Below are positions 44,239 to 54,648 of a stretch of DNA of 64,000 nucleotides, piece after piece; the stretch's first letter is position 1; the number at the start of each line of letters is the position of its first letter. The notes beneath the pieces are model-generated. The model was not told the DNA's origin. It saw only the letters and a list, made by a program, of their open reading frames with translations, and did not search any database. The stretch lies in assembly GCF_054482595.1 (NCBI RefSeq), contig NZ_CM137008.1; one strand, written 5' to 3'. Both the position numbers and the translations under genes were made by a program.

Positions 44239-45346
44239 AGCAACCTCCGTGAAAATGAATAATAATCCGCACATATTGCATGTACAACATGTCGGGCGGA
44301 TGAGATAAGCGAGTCGACATCTGGCGTTACCGGGGAATATCAGAAAAATGTCATGGTTATGTGATGATTTAGTCTGGGATTTTACTTCAGAGAAACGGGT
44401 GTCTGTTTAGTCAACAAAATAATCACAAACGCAACGGATGGGTTCTCGACGTTATTCACGACAGGCTCGTACATTACAGCGAGTAATAAAAAACCCGATA
44501 TGCAAAGTCAAACCAATATTCATAATGTCTTTTTATTCACAACAATAAATAATTTAATAACAATCATTGAAATGAATGATGATTTGTATAAGGAATATAC
44601 GCTACCGCCCCACCCTGATAACATGATCTGCACATTGCCATCTTAACGTCGTTAAACACTGGCTTAATAGTGGATATTTCAAATTAGGAATTTATTAAAT
44701 TCACCTGATGAATATCATAAGCAAATAGCATAGAAAATAATGACAACTCCCCCGAGGGGACCATTTCCAAAGCACTGCACCACCACCTGGTGCCCGGATG
44801 ATCTTGCTTCAGTGGTAAGAGTACCTGATTCATTGTTCCCAAAATGGTGTTTTCCCCTGCCCCTCCAATAATGTGCAGCTCTCACGTGATAATCTATTGA
44901 TTAGGTTATATTAAGAATCAATATTTAAAATACATCCATTTTCTTGAATAAATCAACATGTTTATTAATCAATTGCTGTTTTAGCTCTGACTCATCAAGC
45001 TCTCCATATTTGTCCTACAGATAATTGCGAATAAATACAGAGAACGCCATTTATCCTTTTAGCATACCTGCCGGATATTTTTATTTGTATTAATATTAAT
45101 TGCATCTCCAACTCCGAGCATATCCATCATTAAAAAAATTTTGAGATTATAGAATACCTGTGATAACAAGTGAAACATCTGCACAATGTGAATAGTTAGT
45201 TTCTTTTCAGAGGAAATGAAATAGACACGCTGAATGAAAGGGAGAGTGATATAAATTAAAAAACATAACGTGAATTTAATTAATTACGCCCATCATTGTG
45301 GATAAAGTTACTGAATAATAAATAACATAATCTTCTGGTATCCCAC

Positions 45347-45964
45347 TCAAATAATTTCATTCCTTTTTAGTATTTCTTGTAACGTTGGTAACTGACATAC
45401 AGCATCAGCAATCGCACTGATATTCGTGGCATTATCCTGAAACCATTCATGCCCAGGCCCCCATGTGCGCATAGTGCAAAGATAACAGTCCACCAGCGTT
45501 AGTTGCTCACCAAACGCATAAGGTTCAGCGGTCAATTGTGAATTCAGCCAGATATAAAGCGATTTACGATATTCAATAACATTCTTCTTTAACTGTTCGG
45601 GTGCGTCAGGAGCCCAACGCTCAGGGTAATCGGCGAAAGTGAATGTTGGATAGACATTAGCAACCAGCCAGACCAATAGCCGTTGAAACTGCTGACGTTC
45701 GGCGCGCCCAACCGGTGGCGCAAGGTCCGGGCGACGATCGAGAACCATCAATGCAATCGCCGCTGTCTCCGTCATAATCTCGTCATTTTCCAATGCCAGT
45801 GTCGGAACCTGACACAACGGGTTCAGGGTTTTCAATAACTCGCGTGAAGCTCCCTCGTGGTCAAAACCACTGACATCAACGAACTGATAAGGAATATCAG
45901 CCAGTGTTAGCATCAGCTCACTGATTGTAGAGCCCCATCCGGGTACGCCATACACCTTAATCAT
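45347..45964 (-). CDS. yncG: Glutathione S-transferase homolog YncG
   Basis: 205-aa ORF; GST-like N-terminal region; synteny next to ansP. Confidence 0.8.
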   Translation of the reverse strand: MIKVYGVPGWGSTISELMLTLADIPYQFVDVSGFDHEGASRELLKTLNPLCQVPTLALENDEIMTETAAIALMVLDRRPDLAPPVGRAERQQFQRLLVWLVANVYPTFTFADYPERWAPDAPEQLKKNVIEYRKSLYIWLNSQLTAEPYAFGEQLTLVDCYLCTMRTWGPGHEWFQDNATNISAIADAVCQLPTLQEILKRNEII

Positions 45965-46230
45965 ATGCCCCTCACAATCTTTTAAAGATTAAGTGTAGGA
46001 CAGTACACAGGTTAACCAGCAAAAGGATTTGTCATTTTTTCGTCAGTTGTATTAATCCCCTTCAGGATTGTAAGGGGATGTTTTGCATCGTTTATCGATA
46101 ACGGGTAGGATGCTGCGCCGATAGTTTTATACCCATAAAGAATAATGGTGATAACTATCATCGCCAGGATGAATAAACATTGTTCATGGCAACTTATATG
46201 ACTTTTTCATTAAAGCAATCAGGGAGAGCA

Positions 46231-47730
46231 ATGAGTAAACACGACACCGACACTTCAGATCAACACGCCGCGAAACGCCGCTGGCTTAATGCCCACGAAG
46301 AGGGGTATCACAAAGCGATGGGCAATCGCCAGGTACAGATGATCGCCATTGGCGGCGCGATTGGCACCGGCTTGTTTTTAGGTGCAGGAGCCCGACTGCA
46401 AATGGCGGGTCCAGCACTGGCACTGGTTTATTTAATTTGTGGCTTGTTTTCGTTTTTTATTCTGCGTGCATTGGGTGAGCTGGTGCTACACCGCCCTTCC
46501 AGTGGCAGTTTTGTCTCTTATGCCCGTGAGTTTTTGGGTGAGAAAGCCGCTTATGTTGCTGGCTGGATGTACTTCATCAACTGGGCGATGACGGGGATTG
46601 TTGATATTACCGCCGTCGCTCTGTATATGCATTACTGGGGTGCGTTTGGCGGCGTGCCGCAGTGGGTCTTTGCGCTCGCTGCACTTACCATCGTTGGCAC
46701 CATGAATATGATCGGTGTGAAATGGTTTGCGGAGATGGAGTTCTGGTTTGCGCTTATTAAAGTGCTCGCCATTGTGACCTTTTTGGTCGTGGGTACAGTG
46801 TTCCTCGGTAGTGGTCAGCCGCTGGATGGCAACACCACTGGCTTTCATTTAATCACCGATAATGGCGGCTTCTTCCCCCACGGTTTGCTGCCTGCGCTGG
46901 TGTTGATTCAGGGCGTAGTGTTTGCTTTTGCCTCCATTGAAATGGTGGGTACAGCTGCCGGAGAATGTAAAGATCCGCAGACCATGGTGCCTAAAGCGAT
47001 TAACAGTGTGATTTGGCGTATTGGCCTGTTTTACGTCGGCTCCGTGGTGTTGCTGGTTATGTTATTGCCGTGGAGCGCGTATCAGGCGGGGCAAAGTCCG
47101 TTCGTGACGTTTTTCTCTAAACTGGGTGTGCCATATATCGGCAGCATTATGAACATTGTGGTGCTGACCGCTGCCCTCTCCAGCCTGAATTCAGGTCTGT
47201 ACTGCACCGGACGTATTCTGCGCTCAATGGCGATGGGCGGTTCCGCACCGAGTTTTATGGCGAAAATGAGTCGTCAGCATGTACCGTATGCCGGGATTCT
47301 GGCGACACTGGTTGTGTATGTCGTCGGCGTATTCCTCAACTATCTGGTGCCGTCGCGCGTATTTGAGATTGTGTTGAACTTCGCGTCGCTGGGAATCATC
47401 GCTTCATGGGCGTTTATCATCGTGTGCCAGATGCGCCTGCGTAAAGCGATTAAAGAAGGCAAAGCAGCGGATGTCAGTTTTAAACTGCCTGGCGCGCCCT
47501 TCACTTCCTGGCTGACATTACTGTTTTTACTGAGTGTCCTTGTGCTGATGGCGTTCGATTACCCGAACGGGACTTATACTATCGCGGCGCTGCCGATTAT
47601 CGGTATTCTGCTGGTTATAGGCTGGTTTGGTGTGCGCAAACGCGTTGCCGAAATTCACAGCACTGCGCCAGTCGTCGAGGAAGATGAAGAAAAACAGGAA
47701 ATTGTGTTTAAGCCTGAAACGGCGAGTTAA
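46231..47730 (+). CDS. ansP: L-asparagine permease AnsP
   Basis: ORF 46180-47730; start placed at MSKHDTDTSD to give 499 aa; APC-family permease. Confidence 0.9.
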   Translation: MSKHDTDTSDQHAAKRRWLNAHEEGYHKAMGNRQVQMIAIGGAIGTGLFLGAGARLQMAGPALALVYLICGLFSFFILRALGELVLHRPSSGSFVSYAREFLGEKAAYVAGWMYFINWAMTGIVDITAVALYMHYWGAFGGVPQWVFALAALTIVGTMNMIGVKWFAEMEFWFALIKVLAIVTFLVVGTVFLGSGQPLDGNTTGFHLITDNGGFFPHGLLPALVLIQGVVFAFASIEMVGTAAGECKDPQTMVPKAINSVIWRIGLFYVGSVVLLVMLLPWSAYQAGQSPFVTFFSKLGVPYIGSIMNIVVLTAALSSLNSGLYCTGRILRSMAMGGSAPSFMAKMSRQHVPYAGILATLVVYVVGVFLNYLVPSRVFEIVLNFASLGIIASWAFIIVCQMRLRKAIKEGKAADVSFKLPGAPFTSWLTLLFLLSVLVLMAFDYPNGTYTIAALPIIGILLVIGWFGVRKRVAEIHSTAPVVEEDEEKQEIVFKPETAS

Positions 47731-47736
47731 TTGCAA

Positions 47737-47763
47737 AGTTGCCCGGCTACGTGCCGGGCAACT
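47737..47763. terminator. Bidirectional hairpin terminator between convergent ansP and yncE
   Basis: agttgcccggctacgtgccgggcaact inverted repeat. Confidence 0.65.
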
Positions 47764-47842
47764 TCAAATTACTGACGAAGGTGCCGGATACGGCGTGATC
47801 AAAGTCAGGCAAGTCTCTCCGTTATCACCCTCGCCATGTCTA

Positions 47843-48904
47843 TTACAGCGCAATACGAATCACATCGTCTGGCTGGGTAGCTTCCTGCTGTTTAGTGGAT
47901 TTTTGTTTCACACTGACATACAGCGTTTTGCCATCGGCAGACAGCGCCAGGCTGTTTGGATGAGTCGGCGTATCGAACGTTTTCACCACTTTATAGCTTT
48001 TCGCGTCAATCACACTGACTTTACCTGCCTGACGATGCGTTACGTAGGCTTCATTACGCGCTGAGTTAAACAGTACAGCCAGTGATTCCGGTGCCGCAAC
48101 CTTCGCCAGAATATTGCCATTACGGGTATCGACCACTAACACTTCTGCGGCTTTAGAATCGGTGATAAATGCACGCTGCCTGGCGGTATCAAGGCTAATG
48201 TTGATAAAGAAGTGCTCTTTGCCGTCATCCAGCAGCTTTTTACGGCTGAGGATTTTATTGTCGGCGGTGTCGATGGTAATCAATTCGCCGTCAGCGTTAG
48301 TGGTGTAAAGACGTTTGCCTTTGCTATCCAGCGCCAGACCGGTACTCATTTTACCGGTGTTCTGGATGGCGGTTTTCAGTTTGATATTCTCGCCATCAAC
48401 GACCCAAATCACGCTCTCTTTACCAATACCACTGATGTAAACGGTGTTCGTGGCATCATCAGCTACCAGCTCACGCGGTTGCAGCGGGCGCACCTCTTCC
48501 GTGCGCTTACGATCATCCAGCACCAGACGGCCTTTCACTTCGCCCGTTTTGGCATCTATCGCCGTGACCGCGCTGTTTACGGTGTTACCAAACCACAACG
48601 TCTGAGTCGTGTTATTGATGGTGGCACCAAACGGCTTGAGATCGTTATGGATCGCCTGCGTCACTTCCAGAGTGACCGGATCAAGACGATAAACCACGCC
48701 ACCTTTATCCAGTTTGCGGCTTTGCGAAGTGGCGAGCCACAGCGCGTTTTCTTGCTGGCTATAAGCCATTTCGTAGGCACCTTTACCTACCGCTTTACGC
48801 AGCATTTCTTCTGCGGCCTGCGTACTGAATGATGAAGCAACAAGCAATGAACCTAACAGTAATGAACCACGCAGGCGCAATGAAAACAGATGACGTAAAT
48901 GCAT
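47843..48904 (-). CDS. yncE: PQQ-like beta-propeller protein YncE (signal peptide)
   Basis: 353-aa ORF with N-terminal signal sequence. Confidence 0.85.
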   Translation of the reverse strand: MHLRHLFSLRLRGSLLLGSLLVASSFSTQAAEEMLRKAVGKGAYEMAYSQQENALWLATSQSRKLDKGGVVYRLDPVTLEVTQAIHNDLKPFGATINNTTQTLWFGNTVNSAVTAIDAKTGEVKGRLVLDDRKRTEEVRPLQPRELVADDATNTVYISGIGKESVIWVVDGENIKLKTAIQNTGKMSTGLALDSKGKRLYTTNADGELITIDTADNKILSRKKLLDDGKEHFFINISLDTARQRAFITDSKAAEVLVVDTRNGNILAKVAAPESLAVLFNSARNEAYVTHRQAGKVSVIDAKSYKVVKTFDTPTHPNSLALSADGKTLYVSVKQKSTKQQEATQPDDVIRIAL

Positions 48905-48985
48905 GACGACTCCCTTTGATGAACCGATATTTTTGCTGCTTCACAATGCTTCGCTAAGCGTAATCATCGTTACGCTCTTGTTATA

Positions 48986-49008
48986 AATGGGAATGGTAAT
49001 CATTATTT
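48986..49008. promoter_or_regulatory. Candidate Fur box in the yncE-yncD divergent region
   Basis: aatgggaatggtaatcattattt; the core tggtaatcattatt matches the Fur consensus tgataatcattatc at 12 of 14 positions. Confidence 0.5.
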
Positions 49009-49145
49009 TCTCAAATGTGGAGCATTTCTTGCCGTTACGACTACAATTTTCTCAATTACTTAACGTATTGTGCCGTTTCATTTTCCATAAATTTACAATT
49101 TCATTACCATGACGGCGTTTTCCCATTCTTAACCTGGCTTTTTTC

Positions 49146-51248
49146 ATGAAGATTTTTTCCGTCCGACAGACCGTTTTGCCCGCACTGCTTGTCCTTTCCC
49201 CCGTTGTTTTTGCCGCTGATGAACAGACCATGATTGTCAGTGCCGCGCCGCAGGTGGTTTCAGAACTGGATACCCCTGCAGCAGTAAGCGTGGTGGATGG
49301 CGAGGAGATGCGCCTGGCAACACCGCGCATTAACTTGTCCGAATCACTGACCGGCGTGCCTGGTTTGCAGGTACAAAACCGGCAGAACTATGCGCAAGAT
49401 TTACAGCTGTCGATTCGCGGATTTGGCTCCCGTTCCACTTACGGAATTCGCGGTATTCGCCTGTATGTGGACGGTATTCCCGCCACCATGCCCGACGGGC
49501 AAGGGCAAACATCCAACATCGATTTAAGCAGTGTGCAAAATGTGGAAGTGCTGCGTGGCCCCTTCTCTGCCCTGTATGGCAACGCGTCTGGCGGTGTAAT
49601 GAATGTCACCACCCAGACCGGACAACAGCCACCAACCATTGAAGCCAGTAGTTACTACGGCAGTTTTGGCAGCTGGCGCTATGGGCTGAAAGCAACGGGC
49701 GCAACGGGAGACGGCACACAGCCCGGCGATGTCGATTACACCGTCTCAACCACGCGTTTTACGACCCACGGCTATCGTGACCATAGTGGCGCACAGAAAA
49801 ATTTAGCCAATGCCAAACTGGGCGTACGCATTGATGAAGCCAGCAAATTAAGCCTGATTTTCAATAGTGTGGATATCAAAGCAGATGACCCTGGTGGGCT
49901 AACCAAAGCAGAATGGAAGGCGAATCCACAACAAGCGCCTCGTGCAGAACAGTACGACACGCGAAAAACCATCAAGCAAACTCAGGCTGGGTTGCGCTAT
50001 GAACGTAGCCTGAGTTCGCGGGATGATATGAGTGTGATGATGTATGCCGGAGAGCGAGAAACGACCCAGTATCAGTCAATACCCATGGCACCACAACTTA
50101 ACCCGTCACATGCGGGCGGCGTGATTACCCTGCAACGCCATTACCAGGGAATAGACAGCCGCTGGACACACCGTGGTGAACTGGGCGTTCCGGTCACGTT
50201 CACTACCGGCCTGAACTACGAAAACATGAGTGAAAACCGCAAGGGCTACAATAACTTCCGCCTGAATAGCGGCATGCCGGAGTACGGGCAAAAAGGTGAG
50301 TTGCGTCGCGACGAACGCAATCTGATGTGGAACATCGATCCCTATTTACAGACGCAGTGGCAGCTGAGCGAAAAACTGTCGCTGGATGCTGGCGTGCGCT
50401 ACAGCTCCGTGTGGTTTGATTCCAACGACCATTACGTTACTCCGGGTAACGGCGATGACAGCGGTGATGCCAGTTATCACAAATGGCTACCTGCCGGATC
50501 GCTAAAATATGCAATGACCGATGCCTGGAATATCTATCTGGCAGCCGGGCGTGGTTTTGAAACGCCGACGGTTAATGAGCTGTCTTATCGTGCTGATGGG
50601 CAAAGCGGTATGAACTTTGGTTTAAAACCATCCACCAACGATACAATTGAGATCGGCAGTAAAACGCGTATTGGTGATGGGCTGCTTAGTCTCGCATTGT
50701 TCCAGACCGACACCGATGATGAAATTGTTGTCGATAGCAGTAGCGGTGGGCGTACGACTTACAAAAATGCCGGAAAGACCCGTCGTCAAGGCGTTGAACT
50801 GGCATGGGATCAACGTTTCGCGGGAGATTTTCGCGTAAACGCGTCCTGGACCTGGCTTGATGCGACCTATCGCAGCAATGTTTGCAACGAACAGGATTGT
50901 AACGGTAATCGGATGCCAGGGATCGCCCGTAATATGGGCTTTGCGTCGATAGGTTATGTACCGGAAGATGGTTGGTATGCAGGCACGGAAGCGCGTTATA
51001 TGGGCGATATTATGGCAGATGATGAAAATACGGCAAAAGCGCCGTCTTATACTCTCGTCGGCTTATTCACCGGGTATAAATACAATTACCACAATTTAAC
51101 TGTGGATTTATTTGGTCGTGTCGATAATTTATTCGATAAAGAATACGTTGGTTCTGTCATTGTCAATGAGTCAAACGGGCGATATTACGAACCTGCGCCC
51201 GGACGAAATTATGGTGTCGGCGTGAATATTGCGTTGAGATTTGAGTAA
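49146..51248 (+). CDS. yncD: TonB-dependent outer membrane receptor YncD
   Basis: 700-aa ORF with signal peptide, plug/barrel composition and C-terminal aromatic residue. Confidence 0.9.
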   Translation: MKIFSVRQTVLPALLVLSPVVFAADEQTMIVSAAPQVVSELDTPAAVSVVDGEEMRLATPRINLSESLTGVPGLQVQNRQNYAQDLQLSIRGFGSRSTYGIRGIRLYVDGIPATMPDGQGQTSNIDLSSVQNVEVLRGPFSALYGNASGGVMNVTTQTGQQPPTIEASSYYGSFGSWRYGLKATGATGDGTQPGDVDYTVSTTRFTTHGYRDHSGAQKNLANAKLGVRIDEASKLSLIFNSVDIKADDPGGLTKAEWKANPQQAPRAEQYDTRKTIKQTQAGLRYERSLSSRDDMSVMMYAGERETTQYQSIPMAPQLNPSHAGGVITLQRHYQGIDSRWTHRGELGVPVTFTTGLNYENMSENRKGYNNFRLNSGMPEYGQKGELRRDERNLMWNIDPYLQTQWQLSEKLSLDAGVRYSSVWFDSNDHYVTPGNGDDSGDASYHKWLPAGSLKYAMTDAWNIYLAAGRGFETPTVNELSYRADGQSGMNFGLKPSTNDTIEIGSKTRIGDGLLSLALFQTDTDDEIVVDSSSGGRTTYKNAGKTRRQGVELAWDQRFAGDFRVNASWTWLDATYRSNVCNEQDCNGNRMPGIARNMGFASIGYVPEDGWYAGTEARYMGDIMADDENTAKAPSYTLVGLFTGYKYNYHNLTVDLFGRVDNLFDKEYVGSVIVNESNGRYYEPAPGRNYGVGVNIALRFE

Positions 51249-51256
51249 TTACCTTG

Positions 51257-51278
51257 ATGCCCGGTATTTTCCGGGCAT
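51257..51278 (+). terminator. Rho-independent terminator after yncD
   Basis: atgcccggtattttccgggcat hairpin. Confidence 0.65.
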
Positions 51279-51283
51279 TTACT

Positions 51284-51949
51284 TTAACGATTGTATTGCT
51301 GGTATAAAATAGCAATATTTTGTTGCATAATTTCAGCAAGACAATGTTTGCATCCCTCTTTGTCTTTTGCTTTTAACGCGGCGAGTAATAGACGATAGTT
51401 TTCTATACGCTCCCGTAATTCCGCTGGATTAATCTCTTCATAGAGATAATGTAAACCAGGTCCCATCCTGACCCACAGTTGTTCAATCATCTCACACAGG
51501 ATGGGCATATTTGAGCGATGATAAATCGCTAAGCGAAATAGCCTGTTTACATTAATGATTTGTTCCATGTCGCCCTTTTCTTGCGCCTGCTGTAATTTCT
51601 CGAGCAATTCCTGGAGTTCCGCCAGGTCTTGGGGGGTGAGGTGTTCAACAGCCAGAGCAACTGCCATTAATTCCAGTTCGTAGCGGATCCGATTGATTTC
51701 GTCTAATTGACGTTTCCCCACTTCCGGAACTGTAAATGCTTGCGCTGGTGCGACAGAAAGCGCATTCACCGAAACCAGACGTAATAATGCTTCACGCACA
51801 GGTGTAATACTCATACCTAATTGCTCCGCCAGATTTTTAGTAATCAGGCGTGCGCCAGGTTTTAGTGCGCCAATACTAAGCTGATGTTTCAGGTCGTTCT
51901 CAACCTGCAGAGTCAAACTGACATGTTTCATTTTTCCCGTTCCAGGCAT
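51284..51949 (-). CDS. mcbR: GntR-family transcriptional regulator McbR (YncC)
   Basis: 221-aa product from MPGTGKMKHVSL within ORF 51284-52006; N-terminal GntR HTH. Confidence 0.85.
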   Translation of the reverse strand: MPGTGKMKHVSLTLQVENDLKHQLSIGALKPGARLITKNLAEQLGMSITPVREALLRLVSVNALSVAPAQAFTVPEVGKRQLDEINRIRYELELMAVALAVEHLTPQDLAELQELLEKLQQAQEKGDMEQIINVNRLFRLAIYHRSNMPILCEMIEQLWVRMGPGLHYLYEEINPAELRERIENYRLLLAALKAKDKEGCKHCLAEIMQQNIAILYQQYNR

Positions 51950-52146
51950 TTTAATTCCTTCGCGTGTTTTCTGTCCAACCCTGCCTGCATGGCAGAAGGA
52001 GTTCACCTAGTGTATTAAAGTGAATAATCATAAACCACTCACCTTTGTTGTTATTAGCAGCAGAACAATGATGTGGTTAGTTAATTAAAGCTGAAAATAA
52101 GCTTTTTGCCTGGATTTTTATGGCGGCTTACGCCGCCGTTGAAACT

Positions 52147-53184
52147 TTAATCATCACCCGCCACGCGGATCACCACTTTGCCGAAGTTTTTACCCTTCAG
52201 CAGGCCGATAAACGTCTGTGGCGCATTCTCTAAACCGTCAGTAATTTCTTCGCGGTAGTGGATTTTATCCTCTTTCACCCATTGCCCCATCTCCCTCTGA
52301 AACTCATGGATGCGGTGACTATAATCCTGAGCGATAATAAAACCTTGCAAGCGAATACGTTTTTTCAGCACTGTAGCCATCAACAGAGGTAAACGATCCG
52401 GACCGGGTGGTAGCTCTGTAGCGTTATAGCTGCTCACTAATCCGCAGACGGGAATGCGCGCAGATGTATTAAGTAACGGTAGCACCGCATCGAATACCTT
52501 ACCGCCCACGTTTTCATAATAGATATCAATACCTTTTGGGCACGCTTTCGCCAGTTGTTCGGCAAAATCATCCGCGTGGTGATCAAGACAAACATCGAAG
52601 CCTAACACCTCGGTAGCATGGCGGCATTTTTCCGCGCCACCGGCTACCCCCACCACTCTGCAACCTTTAAGTTTGCCGATTTGCCCCACCGTCGCCCCCA
52701 CTGGTCCTGTCGCCGCAGCTACCACCAACGTTTCGCCCTCTTTAGGCTGACCGATATCCAGTAGGCCCATATAAGCGGTAAAGCCTGGCATCCCTAGCAC
52801 ACCCAGCGACCACGATGGATTTTGCGGATGATCGCCAAGTTTCACCAGATCATCACCACTGGATATGTCATAGTCTTGCCATCCACTGTAGCCCAGCACC
52901 CAGTCGCCAGACTGATAATCAGGATGATTCGACTCCACGACACGGCTCACCGTACCGCCGACCATCACGCCGCCAATATCAACCGGCGGTGAATAAGATG
53001 GCTCATCGCTCATACGTCCACGCATATACGGGTCCAGGGACAAATAAACTGTGCGCAGTAACACCTGTCCTTCACCCGGTGTGGCGACATCATCTTCTTC
53101 AAGACGGAAATTCTCCGGAACCGGTACGCCATGTGGACGCGAGGCCAGAACCCAACGTCGATTACGCTGCTTTTGTTGCCCCAT
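52147..53184 (-). CDS. curA: NADPH-dependent curcumin/dihydrocurcumin reductase CurA (YncB)
   Basis: 345-aa product from MGQQKQRNRRWVL within ORF 52147-53277; MDR-family oxidoreductase. Confidence 0.85.
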   Translation of the reverse strand: MGQQKQRNRRWVLASRPHGVPVPENFRLEEDDVATPGEGQVLLRTVYLSLDPYMRGRMSDEPSYSPPVDIGGVMVGGTVSRVVESNHPDYQSGDWVLGYSGWQDYDISSGDDLVKLGDHPQNPSWSLGVLGMPGFTAYMGLLDIGQPKEGETLVVAAATGPVGATVGQIGKLKGCRVVGVAGGAEKCRHATEVLGFDVCLDHHADDFAEQLAKACPKGIDIYYENVGGKVFDAVLPLLNTSARIPVCGLVSSYNATELPPGPDRLPLLMATVLKKRIRLQGFIIAQDYSHRIHEFQREMGQWVKEDKIHYREEITDGLENAPQTFIGLLKGKNFGKVVIRVAGDD

Positions 53185-53364
53185 AATGCTCTCCTGTGCT
53201 TTTGGCATGAATCCATCAATAGTAGCAGGCTCGCAGGATTGGTTTTGTTTGCAGCCGTCACACCCCCTCTGCAACACGCAATAATTTCATCGAGGAATCC
53301 GTTGCTTCGGGCTGTTTTCGATAGTATTGATAACATCATCATCATTATTTTATTGAGGCCAGAC

Positions 53365-53883
53365 ATGTCCATCCGTTTTGCCCGCAAAGCCGACTGTGCT
53401 GCCATTGCGGAAATTTATAACCACGCCGTGTTGTATACGGCGGCTATCTGGAATGACCAAACGGTGGATGCAGATAACCGCATTGCCTGGTTTGAAGCGC
53501 GGACCATAGCAGGTTATCCGGTGCTGGTAAGTGAAGAAGATGGCGTAGTGACGGGATATGCCTCATTTGGCGACTGGCGTAGTTTCGATGGTTTTCGCCA
53601 TACCGTGGAACATTCGGTTTATGTCCATCCCGATCATCAGGGCAAAGGTCTGGGGCGTAAATTGTTAAGCCGATTGATTGATGAAGCGCGAGATTGCGGG
53701 AAGCATGTCATGGTCGCCGGGATCGAATCGCAAAATCAGGCCTCGCTGCATCTGCACCAGTCGCTGGGATTTGTCGTCACCGCACAAATGCCGCAGGTGG
53801 GCACTAAATTTGGGCGCTGGCTGGATCTGACATTTATGCAGTTGCAACTCGACGAACGCACTGAACCGGACGCGATTGGATGA
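53365..53883 (+). CDS. mnaT: GNAT-family L-amino acid N-acyltransferase MnaT (YncA)
   Basis: 172-aa product from MSIRFARKADCAAIAEIYNH within ORF 53131-53883. Confidence 0.85.
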   Translation: MSIRFARKADCAAIAEIYNHAVLYTAAIWNDQTVDADNRIAWFEARTIAGYPVLVSEEDGVVTGYASFGDWRSFDGFRHTVEHSVYVHPDHQGKGLGRKLLSRLIDEARDCGKHVMVAGIESQNQASLHLHQSLGFVVTAQMPQVGTKFGRWLDLTFMQLQLDERTEPDAIG

Positions 53884-54329
53884 ATCAGTCGCTCACCCTT
53901 GCCTTTTTGATTGCCGCCGGAATTGGTCTGGTAGTCCAGAACACGCTGATGGTGCGCATCACCCAGACCTCCTCTACCATTCTCATCGCCATGTTGCTGA
54001 ACTCACTGGTGGGGATTGTGCTCTTTGTTTCTATTTTATGGTTTAAACAAGGTATGGCGGGGTTTGGCGAACTGGTGTCCAGCGTGCGCTGGTGGACACT
54101 TATACCCGGCTTGCTGGGATCGTTTTTTGTCTTTGCCAGTATCAGCGGATATCAGAATGTGGGAGCGGCGACAACTATTGCAGTACTGGTCGCCAGCCAG
54201 CTGATTGGCGGTCTGGTGCTGGATATCTTCCGCAGTCATGGCGTACCACTACGGACATTGTTCGGCCCAATTTGTGGCGCAATTTTACTTGTGGTTGGCG
54301 CCTGGTTGGTAGCCAGACGCTCATTTTAA
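53880..54329 (+). CDS. ydcZ: Inner membrane protein YdcZ
   Basis: 149-aa multi-TM ORF overlapping the mnaT stop. Confidence 0.85.
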   Translation: MNQSLTLAFLIAAGIGLVVQNTLMVRITQTSSTILIAMLLNSLVGIVLFVSILWFKQGMAGFGELVSSVRWWTLIPGLLGSFFVFASISGYQNVGAATTIAVLVASQLIGGLVLDIFRSHGVPLRTLFGPICGAILLVVGAWLVARRSF

Positions 54330-54563
54330 TCACAGGATGGTGCCGCCTTTGGTTAACTGTTCATGGCGCGCTTCCATATCTTCTTTATGCTTGCGACCGT
54401 GATGAGCAATAGCGGTGCGCAAACGCTGCTGCTGGGTGTAGCGATCTTCCCGACTTAACTCCGCGTCATCGCTCAGAGCGATTAATAATTCGTTCATATG
54501 GGCAATGACGCTCTCTTCAATCGCGGCATCCACGCGCGCGATGACTTCATCCAGATGCGACAT
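54330..54563 (-). CDS. ydcY: Uncharacterized protein YdcY
   Basis: 77-aa ORF; synteny. Confidence 0.75.
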   Translation of the reverse strand: MSHLDEVIARVDAAIEESVIAHMNELLIALSDDAELSREDRYTQQQRLRTAIAHHGRKHKEDMEARHEQLTKGGTIL

Positions 54564-54648
54564 ACTTTCTCCTTAGCCACTTGTGAAATTTATCGATTCA
54601 TCCAAATGATATAAGTCTGCGTGGTGCCGTCAAGCCAGTGAGTAAGAT

